Source: a bacterium (GTDB lineage Bacteria > RBG-13-61-14 > DATKZS01). From it: a stretch of 40,227 nucleotides of DNA. Positions within the stretch are counted from its first letter, which is position 1; every line of letters begins with the position of its first letter. Location: contig JAWOBU010000113.1 in NCBI GenBank assembly GCA_046484135.1, positions 1 to 40,227 of the forward strand, given 5' to 3'. Both the position numbers and the translations under genes were made by a program. The notes under the pieces were generated by a model. The model was not told the DNA's origin. It worked only from the letters and a program-made list of their open reading frames with translations, and did not search any database. This document shows positions 26,528-34,519 of this stretch, one piece after another.

Positions 26528-26683
26528 GGTCTCTCTCCTCGCTTGCTGTAAAAACGTTCCGGGACCTCATAAGTGAAGCTCTCCCCGGAGTTCATCCCGC
26601 TGCCCCTTGGTGACGAACTCTGCCGCTGCTCTTGTTCCCCGGCAACAACCGGCCGGAAAATCGTCAATAATAACCCGATTTTT

Positions 26684-26712
26684 ACGCTATCACAGGGCGT
26701 GATGACTGTCAA
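26684..26712 (-). promoter_or_regulatory. Putative sigma70 promoter of the chemosensory operon
   Basis: Minus strand TTGACA(26712-26707)-N17-TAGCGT(26689-26684). An ATCAC-N5-GTGAT inverted repeat (26689-26703) overlaps the spacer. Confidence 0.45.
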
Positions 26713-26839
26713 TTGCGGCTTTTTGCCCCAAAGACCGGCACCCGCGGTTTCGCGAGAACCCGGCACAGGCCCGCCACACCACACCAGTGATGGTTCATGG
26801 AGCCGGAAAGGGCCCAATCATCCCAAAGGGGAAGGCGCC

Positions 26840-28081
26840 TCAGAGCAGGGACTGGAAGTAGGAGAGGAAGTATCCGGCGACCACTGCCGAGCCTATGACG
26901 CCGGCCACGTTCGGTCCCATGGCGTGCATGATAAGATGGTTGTTGTGGTCCTCGGAGTAGGCCACCTCCTGGGCCACCCGGGAAGCCATGGGCACCGCGG
27001 ACACTCCGGCCGCTCCGATCAAAGGATTGATCTTCTGGCGGGAGAACAGGTTCATGGTCTTTGCGAACAGGATGCCGCTGGCGGTGCCGCAGGCAAAGGC
27101 CCCCAGCCCCAGTCCCAGTATCTTCATGGTCTGGAGGTTCAGGATTTCCTCCCCCCGCAGGGTAATGCCCACCGACAGCATCAGAAATATAGTTACCACG
27201 TTCAGGATTTCGTTCTGGGACGATTTGAACAGCCTGTCCACCACGCCGGACTCCCTGAAGACGTTTCCTATCATGAACATGCTGACAAGGGGCGCGGACT
27301 GAGGTATGAGCAGTATGGCCACGATCATCATGGCGATGGGAAAGATGATCTTGGTCCGGCGGCGCACGTGCCGGAGCTGGGTCATGTGTATCTTCCGCTC
27401 CTCTTTCGAGGTCAGAAGCCGCATGATGGGCGGCTGGATGATGGGAACCAGTCCCATGTAAGAGTAGGCGGTAACCGCGGTGACTCCTATGATGAACTTG
27501 TTCTGGGGCTCGAAGAACTGGAGCAGCATGGCGTTCAGGTAGATGGTGGTGGGACCGTCCGCTCCGCCTATGATGCTGATTGCCGCGGACTCGTGGAGGT
27601 TGAATCCCATGAGCAGTGCCCCGATAAAGGCGATGAATATCCCGACCTGGGCGGCGCCTCCCAGCAGGAGCATCCGGGGGTTTGCGATAAGAGGACCGAA
27701 ATCGGTGATGGCCCCGAGCCCCAGGAATACCAGCGGCGGCAGGATGTTGTAAGTAAAAAGGCCGTACTCCTTCACTATTCCCAACAGGCCGGAGTTCTGG
27801 GTGAGACCCTCCTGTACCTCGCCGTTTTCCAGGAGAAGAGGAGGAATGAAGTTTCCCACCTGGTGGAGAGGCAGGTTGATAAGGATGATGCCCAGGCCGA
27901 TGGGAAGAAGCTCGTAAGGCTCGTAATGCTTGACAATGGCCAGGTAACAAAAAGCCAGGCCCACCACGATCATGACCGTGTTCGCCGGCTTGTCCATTAT
28001 AAGGGCGTACAGCCCGGTGTTTATTATCGCCGCGTGAAACTTCGCGAGCGCCTGTTCAAAAAAGTTCACTCCATTCACCAC
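26840..28081 (-). CDS. Na+-translocating decarboxylase beta subunit (OadB/MmdB/GcdB family)
   Basis: 'YEP..LLPIG.G', 'PPLVFLGLGAITDFGPLIANP', 'IIGGADGPTTIY', 'AYSYMGLVPIIQPP', 'INPLIGAAGVSAVPMASRV', 'HAMGPNVAGVIGSA'. Confidence 0.93.
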   Translation of the reverse strand: MVNGVNFFEQALAKFHAAIINTGLYALIMDKPANTVMIVVGLAFCYLAIVKHYEPYELLPIGLGIILINLPLHQVGNFIPPLLLENGEVQEGLTQNSGLLGIVKEYGLFTYNILPPLVFLGLGAITDFGPLIANPRMLLLGGAAQVGIFIAFIGALLMGFNLHESAAISIIGGADGPTTIYLNAMLLQFFEPQNKFIIGVTAVTAYSYMGLVPIIQPPIMRLLTSKEERKIHMTQLRHVRRRTKIIFPIAMMIVAILLIPQSAPLVSMFMIGNVFRESGVVDRLFKSSQNEILNVVTIFLMLSVGITLRGEEILNLQTMKILGLGLGAFACGTASGILFAKTMNLFSRQKINPLIGAAGVSAVPMASRVAQEVAYSEDHNNHLIMHAMGPNVAGVIGSAVVAGYFLSYFQSLL

Positions 28082-28109
28082 CCGGATCGCTTGTAAGAGA
28101 AAAACCGCC

Positions 28110-28547
28110 TCAATCGGAAGAGATGCGAAGCAGCTTGTCCCCCGTGTTTACGCTGTCCCCGCCATACACGAATATCTCTTTCACCGTGCCCGACACCGCC
28201 GCCTTGATCTCGTTTTCCATCTTCATGGCTTCCATGATAATCACCGCCTCTCCGGTGTTGACCCTGTCCCCCACCTCGACCAGAAGCTTGATGACGACCC
28301 CCGGCATGGGGGCCGTTAACACGCCCTCGCCCGCCGGAGGGGACACGGAGGGCTGTTGCGGCGAAGGCGGGGGAGCAGACTCTTGTGCGGGCTTTGGCTC
28401 CGCCGGTTTCAAAGAAGACGCACCGGCGCCTTTTATGCGGACGTCGTAGGGGGCGCCATTTACTTCCACTTTTGCGTGGTCGCCGGAGACTTCTTTTATT
28501 ACCACCTGATAGGTCTTTCCGTTTATTTCGTACTCGTACTCTTTCAT
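28110..28547 (-). CDS. Biotin carboxyl carrier subunit (MmdC-like)
   Basis: 'EAMKMENEI' biotinylation motif, 'APMPG', Pro/Ala-rich linker, N-terminal 'INGKTYQV'. Confidence 0.92.
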   Translation of the reverse strand: MKEYEYEINGKTYQVVIKEVSGDHAKVEVNGAPYDVRIKGAGASSLKPAEPKPAQESAPPPSPQQPSVSPPAGEGVLTAPMPGVVIKLLVEVGDRVNTGEAVIIMEAMKMENEIKAAVSGTVKEIFVYGGDSVNTGDKLLRISSD

Positions 28548-28569
28548 GTAAACATGACTCCGCTTTTAT

Positions 28570-28923
28570 CTATCGAAGACGGCTTGTAATCTTCTGGTTG
28601 CCCGACATTATCTCCAGCCTGCCGGAGGAGGCCCAGCTTTGACTGCTCTGCGGAGACGGCTCGGGCCCGGCGGCAGGCGGCCGTGCTTTAAGATGCTCGT
28701 TCAAAGCCATAGAGATTGCGGCCACCGTTTCCGGAGAAACCTGGTCCATATTAACCTCACCCTGAGAAGGGGCGTTTTTTTCCTCTCTTCTTTTCGCTCG
28801 GGCGGTGAAGAGGTCGTCCAACAGGTTCATAAGACGCACCAACAGGGACATCAACACCAACAGAACCAGGACAACCACCACCCCGGTAACGATCAAAAGT
28901 ATCCCTTCCGATAAGTTCTCCAA
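28570..28923 (-). CDS. OadG/MmdD-like membrane anchor subunit
   Basis: One N-terminal TM ('G..L..TG...V..LL.L'), 'VAAISMAL', C-terminal 'W...GR'. Likely TTG start at 28923 after GGGGGA (ORF track starts at ATG 28959). Confidence 0.82.
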   Translation of the reverse strand: MENLSEGILLIVTGVVVVLVLLVLMSLLVRLMNLLDDLFTARAKRREEKNAPSQGEVNMDQVSPETVAAISMALNEHLKARPPAAGPEPSPQSSQSWASSGRLEIMSGNQKITSRLR

Positions 28924-28952
28924 CTTAAGGTCCCCCGAACCCACCGGCTTTC

Positions 28953-28981
28953 TTGACATAAACTCTAGTGGGTGTTATTCA
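28953..28981 (+). promoter_or_regulatory. Putative promoter for the carboxyltransferase gene
   Basis: TTGACA(28953-28958)-N17-TATTCA(28976-28981) with TG extension. Confidence 0.45.
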
Positions 28982-28999
28982 ATAAGGTCTGAATCAGTC

Positions 29000-29029
29000 A
29001 TTATAGGTTAAGTTCGCAACTCCAGTCAA
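29000..29029 (-). promoter_or_regulatory. Putative promoter for the delta-gamma-beta decarboxylase genes
   Basis: Minus strand TTGACT(29029-29024)-N18-TATAAT(29005-29000). Confidence 0.55.
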
Positions 29030-29090
29030 ACACTTTCAGAGACGGGACATCACTCGACGGGGAAAAGCGGTATCCGGCAAAGGAGGACCA

Positions 29091-30644
29091 ATGAAGAGCG
29101 TTTCCGATAGATTGAAGGAGCTCGAGGAGCTTATAGCCCGCGAGCAGTCCATGGGCGGGGACAAGGGCGTGGCCAAGCAGAAGGAGAAGGGCAAGCTGAC
29201 TGCCAGGGAAAGAATGGACCTCCTTTTTGACGAGGGGACCTTCACCGAGATGGACATGTTCGTAAAGCACCGTTGCCAGAGCTTCGGCATGGACAAGGTG
29301 GACATCCCCGCGGAAGGAGTGATAACGGGCTACGGGAAGGTAGGAGGCCGCACCGTGTGCGCCTACTCTCAGGACTTCACCGCCCGGGGAGGCAGCCTGG
29401 GCGAGATGCACGCCAAGAAAATCTGCAAGGCCATGGACTTGGCCATGAAGCTCGGCTGTCCCCTGGTCGGCCTGAACGACTCGGGAGGCGCGCGCATCCA
29501 GGAGGGGGTGGACGCCTTGTCCGGTTACGGCAGCATCTTCTTCCGGAACTCCCTGGCCTCCGGCGTGATCCCGCAAATAAGCGCCATTATGGGTCCCACC
29601 GCGGGCGGAGCGGTGTACTCGCCCGCCATGACCGACTTTGTCTTTATGGTCAAAGAGACGAGCTACATGTTTATAACCGGGCCGCAAGTGATAAAGGCGG
29701 TCACGGGCGAGGAGATATCCTCGGAGGACCTGGGCGGAGCGGTGTCCCATTGCCAGAAATCCGGTGTGGCCCATTTCGCCGCGGAGAACGACGAGGACTG
29801 TTTAAACCGCATCCGGTATCTTCTTTCTTACTTTCCCGGCAACAACCTGGAGGACCCGCCCTGGGCGGACACGGGCGACGATCCTGCCCGGGAAATCCCT
29901 GAGCTTGACTCCATAGTGCCGGATGAAGCGCGCCGCGGCTACGACATGAAAGACGTGATCGGCCACATCGTTGATAGCGGGACCTTCATGGAGGTCCACT
30001 CGCTTTACGCCCTGAACATGATAGTGGGGTTCGCCCGGCTGGCCGGCCATACCATCGGGATCATCGCCAACCAGCCCAACTATTTGGGCGGGTCATTGGA
30101 CGTGAACGCCTCGGACAAGGCATCCCGTTTCATCCGCTTCTGCGACGCCTTTAACATTCCCATCCTGACCCTGCAGGACGTGCCCGGATACCTGCCCGGC
30201 TCCGACCAGGAGTGGGCCGGCATCATCCGACACGGGGCCAAGATGCTGTGGGTGTACTCTGAGGCCACCGTGCCCAAGATCACGCTCATCACCAGGAAAG
30301 CCTACGGAGGCTCGTATCTAGCTATGTGCTCGCGAGACCTGGGAGCAGACCTGGTCATGGCGTGGCCCACCGCGGAGATAGCCGTCATGGGCGCGGAGGG
30401 AGCGTCCAAGATCATCTTCCGCAAGGAGATAAACGAGGCCGAAGACCAGGACGCCAAGCTCAAGGAGAAGGTGGCCGAGTACGAGGAGCTTTTCAACAAT
30501 CCCTATGTGGCGGCAAACCGCGGCTACATAGATATGATCATCCAACCGAGCCAGTCCCGGAGAATGATCGTAAACGCGCTGGAGACACTCCGGACCAAGC
30601 GGGAAACCAGGCCGCCCAAAAAGCACGGCAACATCCCCTTGTGA
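29091..30644 (+). CDS. Acyl-CoA carboxyltransferase (methylmalonyl-CoA decarboxylase alpha / PCC beta family)
   Basis: 'KGKLTARER', 'QDFT..GGSLGEMHA', 'DSGGARIQEGV', 'SGVIPQIS', 'FCDAFNIP', 'DVPGYLPG..QE..GIIRHGAK', 'RKAYGG', C-terminal 'PKKHGNIPL'. Confidence 0.93.
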   Translation: MKSVSDRLKELEELIAREQSMGGDKGVAKQKEKGKLTARERMDLLFDEGTFTEMDMFVKHRCQSFGMDKVDIPAEGVITGYGKVGGRTVCAYSQDFTARGGSLGEMHAKKICKAMDLAMKLGCPLVGLNDSGGARIQEGVDALSGYGSIFFRNSLASGVIPQISAIMGPTAGGAVYSPAMTDFVFMVKETSYMFITGPQVIKAVTGEEISSEDLGGAVSHCQKSGVAHFAAENDEDCLNRIRYLLSYFPGNNLEDPPWADTGDDPAREIPELDSIVPDEARRGYDMKDVIGHIVDSGTFMEVHSLYALNMIVGFARLAGHTIGIIANQPNYLGGSLDVNASDKASRFIRFCDAFNIPILTLQDVPGYLPGSDQEWAGIIRHGAKMLWVYSEATVPKITLITRKAYGGSYLAMCSRDLGADLVMAWPTAEIAVMGAEGASKIIFRKEINEAEDQDAKLKEKVAEYEELFNNPYVAANRGYIDMIIQPSQSRRMIVNALETLRTKRETRPPKKHGNIPL

Positions 30645-30655
30645 GGAGTCGGTCC

Positions 30656-30675
30656 GTGACTGAACTCGCTCGCAC
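30656..30675. repeat. Degenerate REP-like family A copy
   Basis: GTGACTGAACTCGCTCGCAC is 17/20 identical to GCGACTAAAGTCGCTCGCAC and begins 11 bp after the carboxyltransferase stop. Confidence 0.5.
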
Positions 30676-30742
30676 GGTTTGATCTTTTTTTTCGGAGACG
30701 TTGCCTGTAATCTTCGCATTTTTACAAGCCGCCGGAGGCTTC

Positions 30743-30943
30743 ATGTCGAAGAGGAAGATATCCGACAAGGACCAGGCCGAGTTCGCGGCGGGGCATATTC
30801 GGGACACCTCTCTTTCCGATTACGAGTCCGGGCTTTTGAGCGACCTCGTCCGGGAAGCGGTAACCGATCAAAAGGTCCGGAAGGCCATCCTCGACTATTA
30901 CCTCTACATTGCCTTTCTGAAAAAGCAAGGAAAACTCAAATAA
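30743..30943 (+). CDS. Small hypothetical protein (66 aa)
   Basis: GGAGG SD before the ATG at 30743. Helical-looking sequence MSKRKISDKDQAEF...YIAFLKKQGKLK that fills the intergenic gap. Confidence 0.55.
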   Translation: MSKRKISDKDQAEFAAGHIRDTSLSDYESGLLSDLVREAVTDQKVRKAILDYYLYIAFLKKQGKLK

Positions 30944-30966
30944 CCCGGTTTTGAGGACTTCCCCCC

Positions 30967-30995
30967 TTTACACGAGAGCGCTCCGGCGTTATAAA
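30967..30995 (+). promoter_or_regulatory. Putative sigma70 promoter of xsc
   Basis: TTTACA-N17-TATAAA about 70 bp upstream of the xsc ATG, which has an AAGGAG SD. Confidence 0.45.
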
Positions 30996-31064
30996 AGTAC
31001 TATATAGTTTGTTGGCAGGCTTGTAAGAAGTAAGTCCCGTTTACGTAGAGAAAGGAGTACAGAC

Positions 31065-32795
31065 ATGGCAAAGACGAAGATGACTCCGAGCGAGGCGCTG
31101 GTGGAGACACTGGTGGCCGAGGGTGTCGAGGTTTGTTACGGCATTGTAGGGTCCGCGTACATGGACGCGCTCGATCTTTTTCCGGACGCGGGCATCCGTT
31201 TCGTGTCGGTTGCCCACGAGCAGGCGGCGGCTCATGCCGCGGATGCCATGGCCCGGGTCTCGGGCCGGCCGCAGGTTTGCATCGCCCAGAACGGCCCGGG
31301 CGCGGCCAACTTCGTGTCCGCCATCACCGCGGCCTTCTGGGCCCACTCGCCGGTGGTGGCCATAACACCCGAGACCGGCTCCATGGGCATTGGCACCGGC
31401 GGCTTCCAGGAGCTCGACCAGCTTCCCATGTTCGAGCGGAGCACCAAGTACCAGGTCCGGGTGAACCGGCCGGAGCGGATGGCCGAGCTTGCGCGCCGCT
31501 GTTTTTACATGGCCAAGGCTGAGTGCGGTCCCGCCCAGCTCGACATCCCGCGCGACTTTTTCTATGGCGAGGTCGAGGATGAAATTTATCCTACTCTTGA
31601 CGTGAACCGGGGCAGCGGCGCGCGCTGGCAGTTGGAGGAAGCGGGCCGGCTTCTTTCCGAGGCCAAAAAGCCGGTGATCCTGGCGGGCGGAGGCGTTTCC
31701 ATGGCTGACGCAGTGGAGGAGACCAAGGCCCTGGCGGAGTATCTTACCGCGCCGGTGTGCAACTCTTATCTCCACAACGACTCGTTCCCTTATGACCACC
31801 AACTGGGCACGGGTCCGGTGGGCTACTGCGGTTCCAAGGCGGCCATGCGCACCATAGCGGAGGCTGACGTGGTGCTGGCGCTTGGCTGTCGCCTGGGAGG
31901 ATTCGGACTTCTTCCCCAGTACGACATTGATTACTGGCCCAAGGACGCCAAAAAAATCCAGGTGGATATAGACCACAAAGTGCTGGGGCTGTCCCAGCGG
32001 GTGGACTTGGCTGTAATGGCCGACGCCAAGGAGTTCGCCCGCGAGCTTCTCGAAGTGGTTAAAGCAAAGTCGCCCGGCAGGAAGCCGGACCAGAAGCGGC
32101 TCGAAGAGGTCAAGCGTCAGAAGGCGGCCTGGGAAGAGGAGCTTGAAAACTGGTCGTCGTCCACGGCCAAGCTCATGCATCCCCGCCGGCTTTTGTGGGA
32201 AATGCAAAAGGCCATACCCGAGAACGCCATTGTAACCACCGATATCGGCAACACCTCGTCCATGTGTAACGCCTATCTCAAATTCGGGGGACCAAGACAG
32301 CACATCTCCGCGCTTACCTGGGGGAACTGCGGTTTTGCCTATGGCGCCTCCCTGGGCGCGAAGATGGCAAGGCCCGACCTGCCGGTGTTCTCGTTACAGG
32401 GAGACGGCGCCTACGGCATCAGCGGGGTCTCCGAGGTCATGACCGCGGTGCGGGAAAACATACCTGTTACCGCTGTTGTTTTCCAGAACTACGAGTGGGG
32501 AGCGGAGAAGAAGAACCAGATAGACTTTTACGGCGACCGCTTTGTAGGGACCAACCTTCCGGAAAACCCGAGCTATGCGCAGATCGCCAGGGACATGGGG
32601 GCCAAGGGCATCAGGATCGAGGACTACAACGAGGTCCAGGACGCTGTCATGGACGCGGCGGGCTCGGGCGAGGCTTGTGTTATTGAGGCGGTGATCGAGG
32701 GCGGAGAGAACGTCCTGGCCGAGCCTTTCCGAAGGGACGCGCTGAAAAAGCCGGTGCGTTACCTGGACAAGTACAAGCACCTTAACATCAAGTAG
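31065..32795 (+). CDS. xsc: Sulfoacetaldehyde acetyltransferase (ThDP-dependent)
   Basis: 'MTPSEALVETL...GIVGSAYMDALDLFP.AGIRF..VAHEQ', 'AQNGPG', 'SYLHNDSFP', 'TDIGN', ThDP motif 'GDGAYG...N', and Xsc-typical 'WGAEKKNQ.DFY..RFVG' and 'EPFRRDA'. Confidence 0.9.
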   Translation: MAKTKMTPSEALVETLVAEGVEVCYGIVGSAYMDALDLFPDAGIRFVSVAHEQAAAHAADAMARVSGRPQVCIAQNGPGAANFVSAITAAFWAHSPVVAITPETGSMGIGTGGFQELDQLPMFERSTKYQVRVNRPERMAELARRCFYMAKAECGPAQLDIPRDFFYGEVEDEIYPTLDVNRGSGARWQLEEAGRLLSEAKKPVILAGGGVSMADAVEETKALAEYLTAPVCNSYLHNDSFPYDHQLGTGPVGYCGSKAAMRTIAEADVVLALGCRLGGFGLLPQYDIDYWPKDAKKIQVDIDHKVLGLSQRVDLAVMADAKEFARELLEVVKAKSPGRKPDQKRLEEVKRQKAAWEEELENWSSSTAKLMHPRRLLWEMQKAIPENAIVTTDIGNTSSMCNAYLKFGGPRQHISALTWGNCGFAYGASLGAKMARPDLPVFSLQGDGAYGISGVSEVMTAVRENIPVTAVVFQNYEWGAEKKNQIDFYGDRFVGTNLPENPSYAQIARDMGAKGIRIEDYNEVQDAVMDAAGSGEACVIEAVIEGGENVLAEPFRRDALKKPVRYLDKYKHLNIK

Positions 32796-32824
32796 AAGCG
32801 CATGCTTTGAAATTGATCAAGTCC

Positions 32825-32862
32825 GTGCGAGCGACTTTAGTCGCGACTAAAGTCGCTCGCAC
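32825..32862. repeat. Perfect 38-bp palindrome, a doublet of REP-like family A, between convergent genes
   Basis: GTGCGAGCGACTTTAGTCG|CGACTAAAGTCGCTCGCAC. Each unit also has an internal GCGAC-N4-GTCGC hairpin. Confidence 0.85.
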
Positions 32863-32896
32863 AAGACATACTTTTGACACCGCTACAGGAAGTTGT

Positions 32897-34021
32897 TCAT
32901 TTCTTTCCGCGCCGTGCGGTTTTCTTGCGCGGTTTCTTTCCCGCGGTCTTTTTCCTGGTCGTCTTTTTAGCCGTGGACTTTTTGGCCACGGTTTTCTTTG
33001 TTGTCTTTTTCCTGGCCGTCTTTTTCTTCACGGTTTTCTTGGCGCTCTTTTTAGTTGTCTTTTTCCTTGCCGTCTTCTTTGCCGGTTTTTTTCCGGCGGT
33101 CTTTTTGGCTGTTGATTTCTTCCGTGTGGTTTTCTTAGCCGTCTTTTTTCCGGCGGTTTTCTTTCGTGCCGTCTTTTTGGCCGTGGATTTTTTGCTGGTT
33201 TTTTTCTTGGTTGTTTTCTTTCTGGTTGTTTTTTTGGCCGCCTTTTTCCTGGCGGTCTTTTTCTTGGTGGTCTTTTTGGCCGCGGTTTTCTTTCGTGTTG
33301 TCTTTTTCTTCACTGCTTTTTTGGTGGTTTTCTTCTTAGTGGTTTTCTTGGCGGTCTTTTTCTTTACCGTTTTTTTGGCAGTTTTCTTTTTAGTGGTTTT
33401 TTTCGCCGTGGTTTTCTTCTTGGTAGATTTCTTTTTGGTTGCCTTCTTGGTGGTTTTCTTTCTTACTGTTTTCTTGGCCGTCTTTTTCTTCGTTGTTTTG
33501 CGGGCTGTTTTCTTCCGGGTGGTTTTCTTTGCCGTTGTCCGGGGAGCGGGTTTTGCTTTGGGCTTTGGCGCGAGGGGTTTAAAGTATGCTATGTCGGTAA
33601 TGCTCGCGACCCTTTCTTCCGCCCATACCGGCTCGACCCTCATTCCTACCTTTACGTCGTCCGGGTCCACGTCGGATACGATGTGGGTAATGGTTGTGTC
33701 CGCGCCGTCCAGTTGGATCATGGCCATGACAAAAGGCGGTTTCATGGGCAGGTGGGGTTCCCAGTATCTCACCACGGTGTAGGAGGTTATGATACCTGCG
33801 GGACCTACTTCCACCCAGTCGCCGGTTTTATGGTGGCAGAAGTTGCACAGGCTTCTCGGAGGCATAAAGTTTATGTTGCACCTCTCGCACCTCTTGGCCA
33901 GTATGGTCTTCCTGTCCCGGAGCGCTTTTAAAAACTCGGAGCCGACCTCTCCGGCGTAGTAGCGGAAGGGTATCTCCAGCTTTCCGGGGACCTCGTAACT
34001 GTACTTAGAATCCCAGTTCAT
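32897..34021 (-). CDS. DUF35 (Zn-ribbon + OB-fold) protein fused to a ~220-aa histone H1-like Lys/Thr/Ala-rich tail
   Basis: ATG at 34021 after a GAGGAGG SD (the ORF track's 59 upstream codons overlap the previous gene). 'RCERC...PPRSLCNFC', 'GP.G.I.SYTVV', 'I.LDGADT...H', 'VKVGMRVEPVW', then KKT[TA][KR]-type repeats to the stop. Confidence 0.9.
   Translation of the reverse strand: MNWDSKYSYEVPGKLEIPFRYYAGEVGSEFLKALRDRKTILAKRCERCNINFMPPRSLCNFCHHKTGDWVEVGPAGIITSYTVVRYWEPHLPMKPPFVMAMIQLDGADTTITHIVSDVDPDDVKVGMRVEPVWAEERVASITDIAYFKPLAPKPKAKPAPRTTAKKTTRKKTARKTTKKKTAKKTVRKKTTKKATKKKSTKKKTTAKKTTKKKTAKKTVKKKTAKKTTKKKTTKKAVKKKTTRKKTAAKKTTKKKTARKKAAKKTTRKKTTKKKTSKKSTAKKTARKKTAGKKTAKKTTRKKSTAKKTAGKKPAKKTARKKTTKKSAKKTVKKKTARKKTTKKTVAKKSTAKKTTRKKTAGKKPRKKTARRGKK
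32900..33570 (-). repeat. Coding low-complexity pentapeptide repeat (KKTTK/KKTAK/KKTAR), ~15-nt period
   Basis: The plus strand shows recurring T-runs about every 15 nt. The translation has no Asp or Glu over ~220 aa. Confidence 0.9.
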
Positions 34022-34517
34022 GAGTGACCTCCTCGACCTCTCCGGGGATGAGCCGGAAGTAATGGATGTCCAGGACGCTGCCGGTCCTTTCTTTGTCCGG
34101 CCGGAACACTGCCTCGACCCGGTTGTAAAGCTGGATCTTTTCCGGGTCGGTCTCGTCCAGGAAGTGCATAAGAGCGGCGTCGCCGTGGTCCAGGACAATG
34201 GAGCAGGTGGTATAAGGCACTTCCCGCATCTTACCGGTCAACGGGTTTATGGTGGGCACGTAGATCACGTCGTAGGACGTCAGGTAGCCTCCCGGCCCGA
34301 CCTCGATCCACTCGTGGACCTCGACGTCGCAGGTGGCGCACACGCCCCGTGGCGGTATCTGGGTCCGGCCGCACACCGGGCACCGGTTCGCCAGTATCTT
34401 CTTTTCGTCCCGGATGGCCGCCAGGAACCTTCCCATGACCGGCCCGGTGGCGAAGCTCTGCGGAATGGACAACAGGAAAGGCACGTCAATAAGCTCTTCT
34501 TGTTTTTTCTCGCTCAT
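34005..34517 (-). CDS. DUF35 (Zn-ribbon + OB-fold) protein
   Basis: 'ILANRCPVCGR..IPPRGVCATC', 'EVGPGG', 'VPY....I.LD..D..LMH', 'RVEAVF'. ATG at 34517 after an AAGGAG SD. Confidence 0.9.
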   Translation of the reverse strand: MSEKKQEELIDVPFLLSIPQSFATGPVMGRFLAAIRDEKKILANRCPVCGRTQIPPRGVCATCDVEVHEWIEVGPGGYLTSYDVIYVPTINPLTGKMREVPYTTCSIVLDHGDAALMHFLDETDPEKIQLYNRVEAVFRPDKERTGSVLDIHYFRLIPGEVEEVTHELGF

Positions 34518-34519
34518 GG

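Noticed and set aside
26530..26835. 300-bp leader before the MCP examined for a riboswitch such as c-di-GMP
   Set aside because: I could not identify the conserved aptamer motifs by eye. An Infernal/Rfam scan would be needed.
32900..33570. Periodic T-rich sequence considered as a CRISPR array or non-coding tandem repeat
   Set aside because: There is no constant repeat with unique spacers. The periodicity is codon-based and lies in an open frame.
32874..33782. 302-aa Phe/Val/Leu-rich ORF on the plus strand resembling a membrane protein
   Set aside because: It is the antisense shadow of the Lys/Thr/Ala repeat (AAG/AAA read as CTT/TTT). It has no SD, and the minus-strand frame is fused to a clear DUF35 domain.
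34022..34198. N-terminal extension of the tailed DUF35 ORF suggesting a programmed frameshift fusing the two DUF35 genes
   Set aside because: A strong GAGGAGG SD and ATG at 34021 explain independent initiation, and I saw no obvious slippery site. Simple overlap is more parsimonious.
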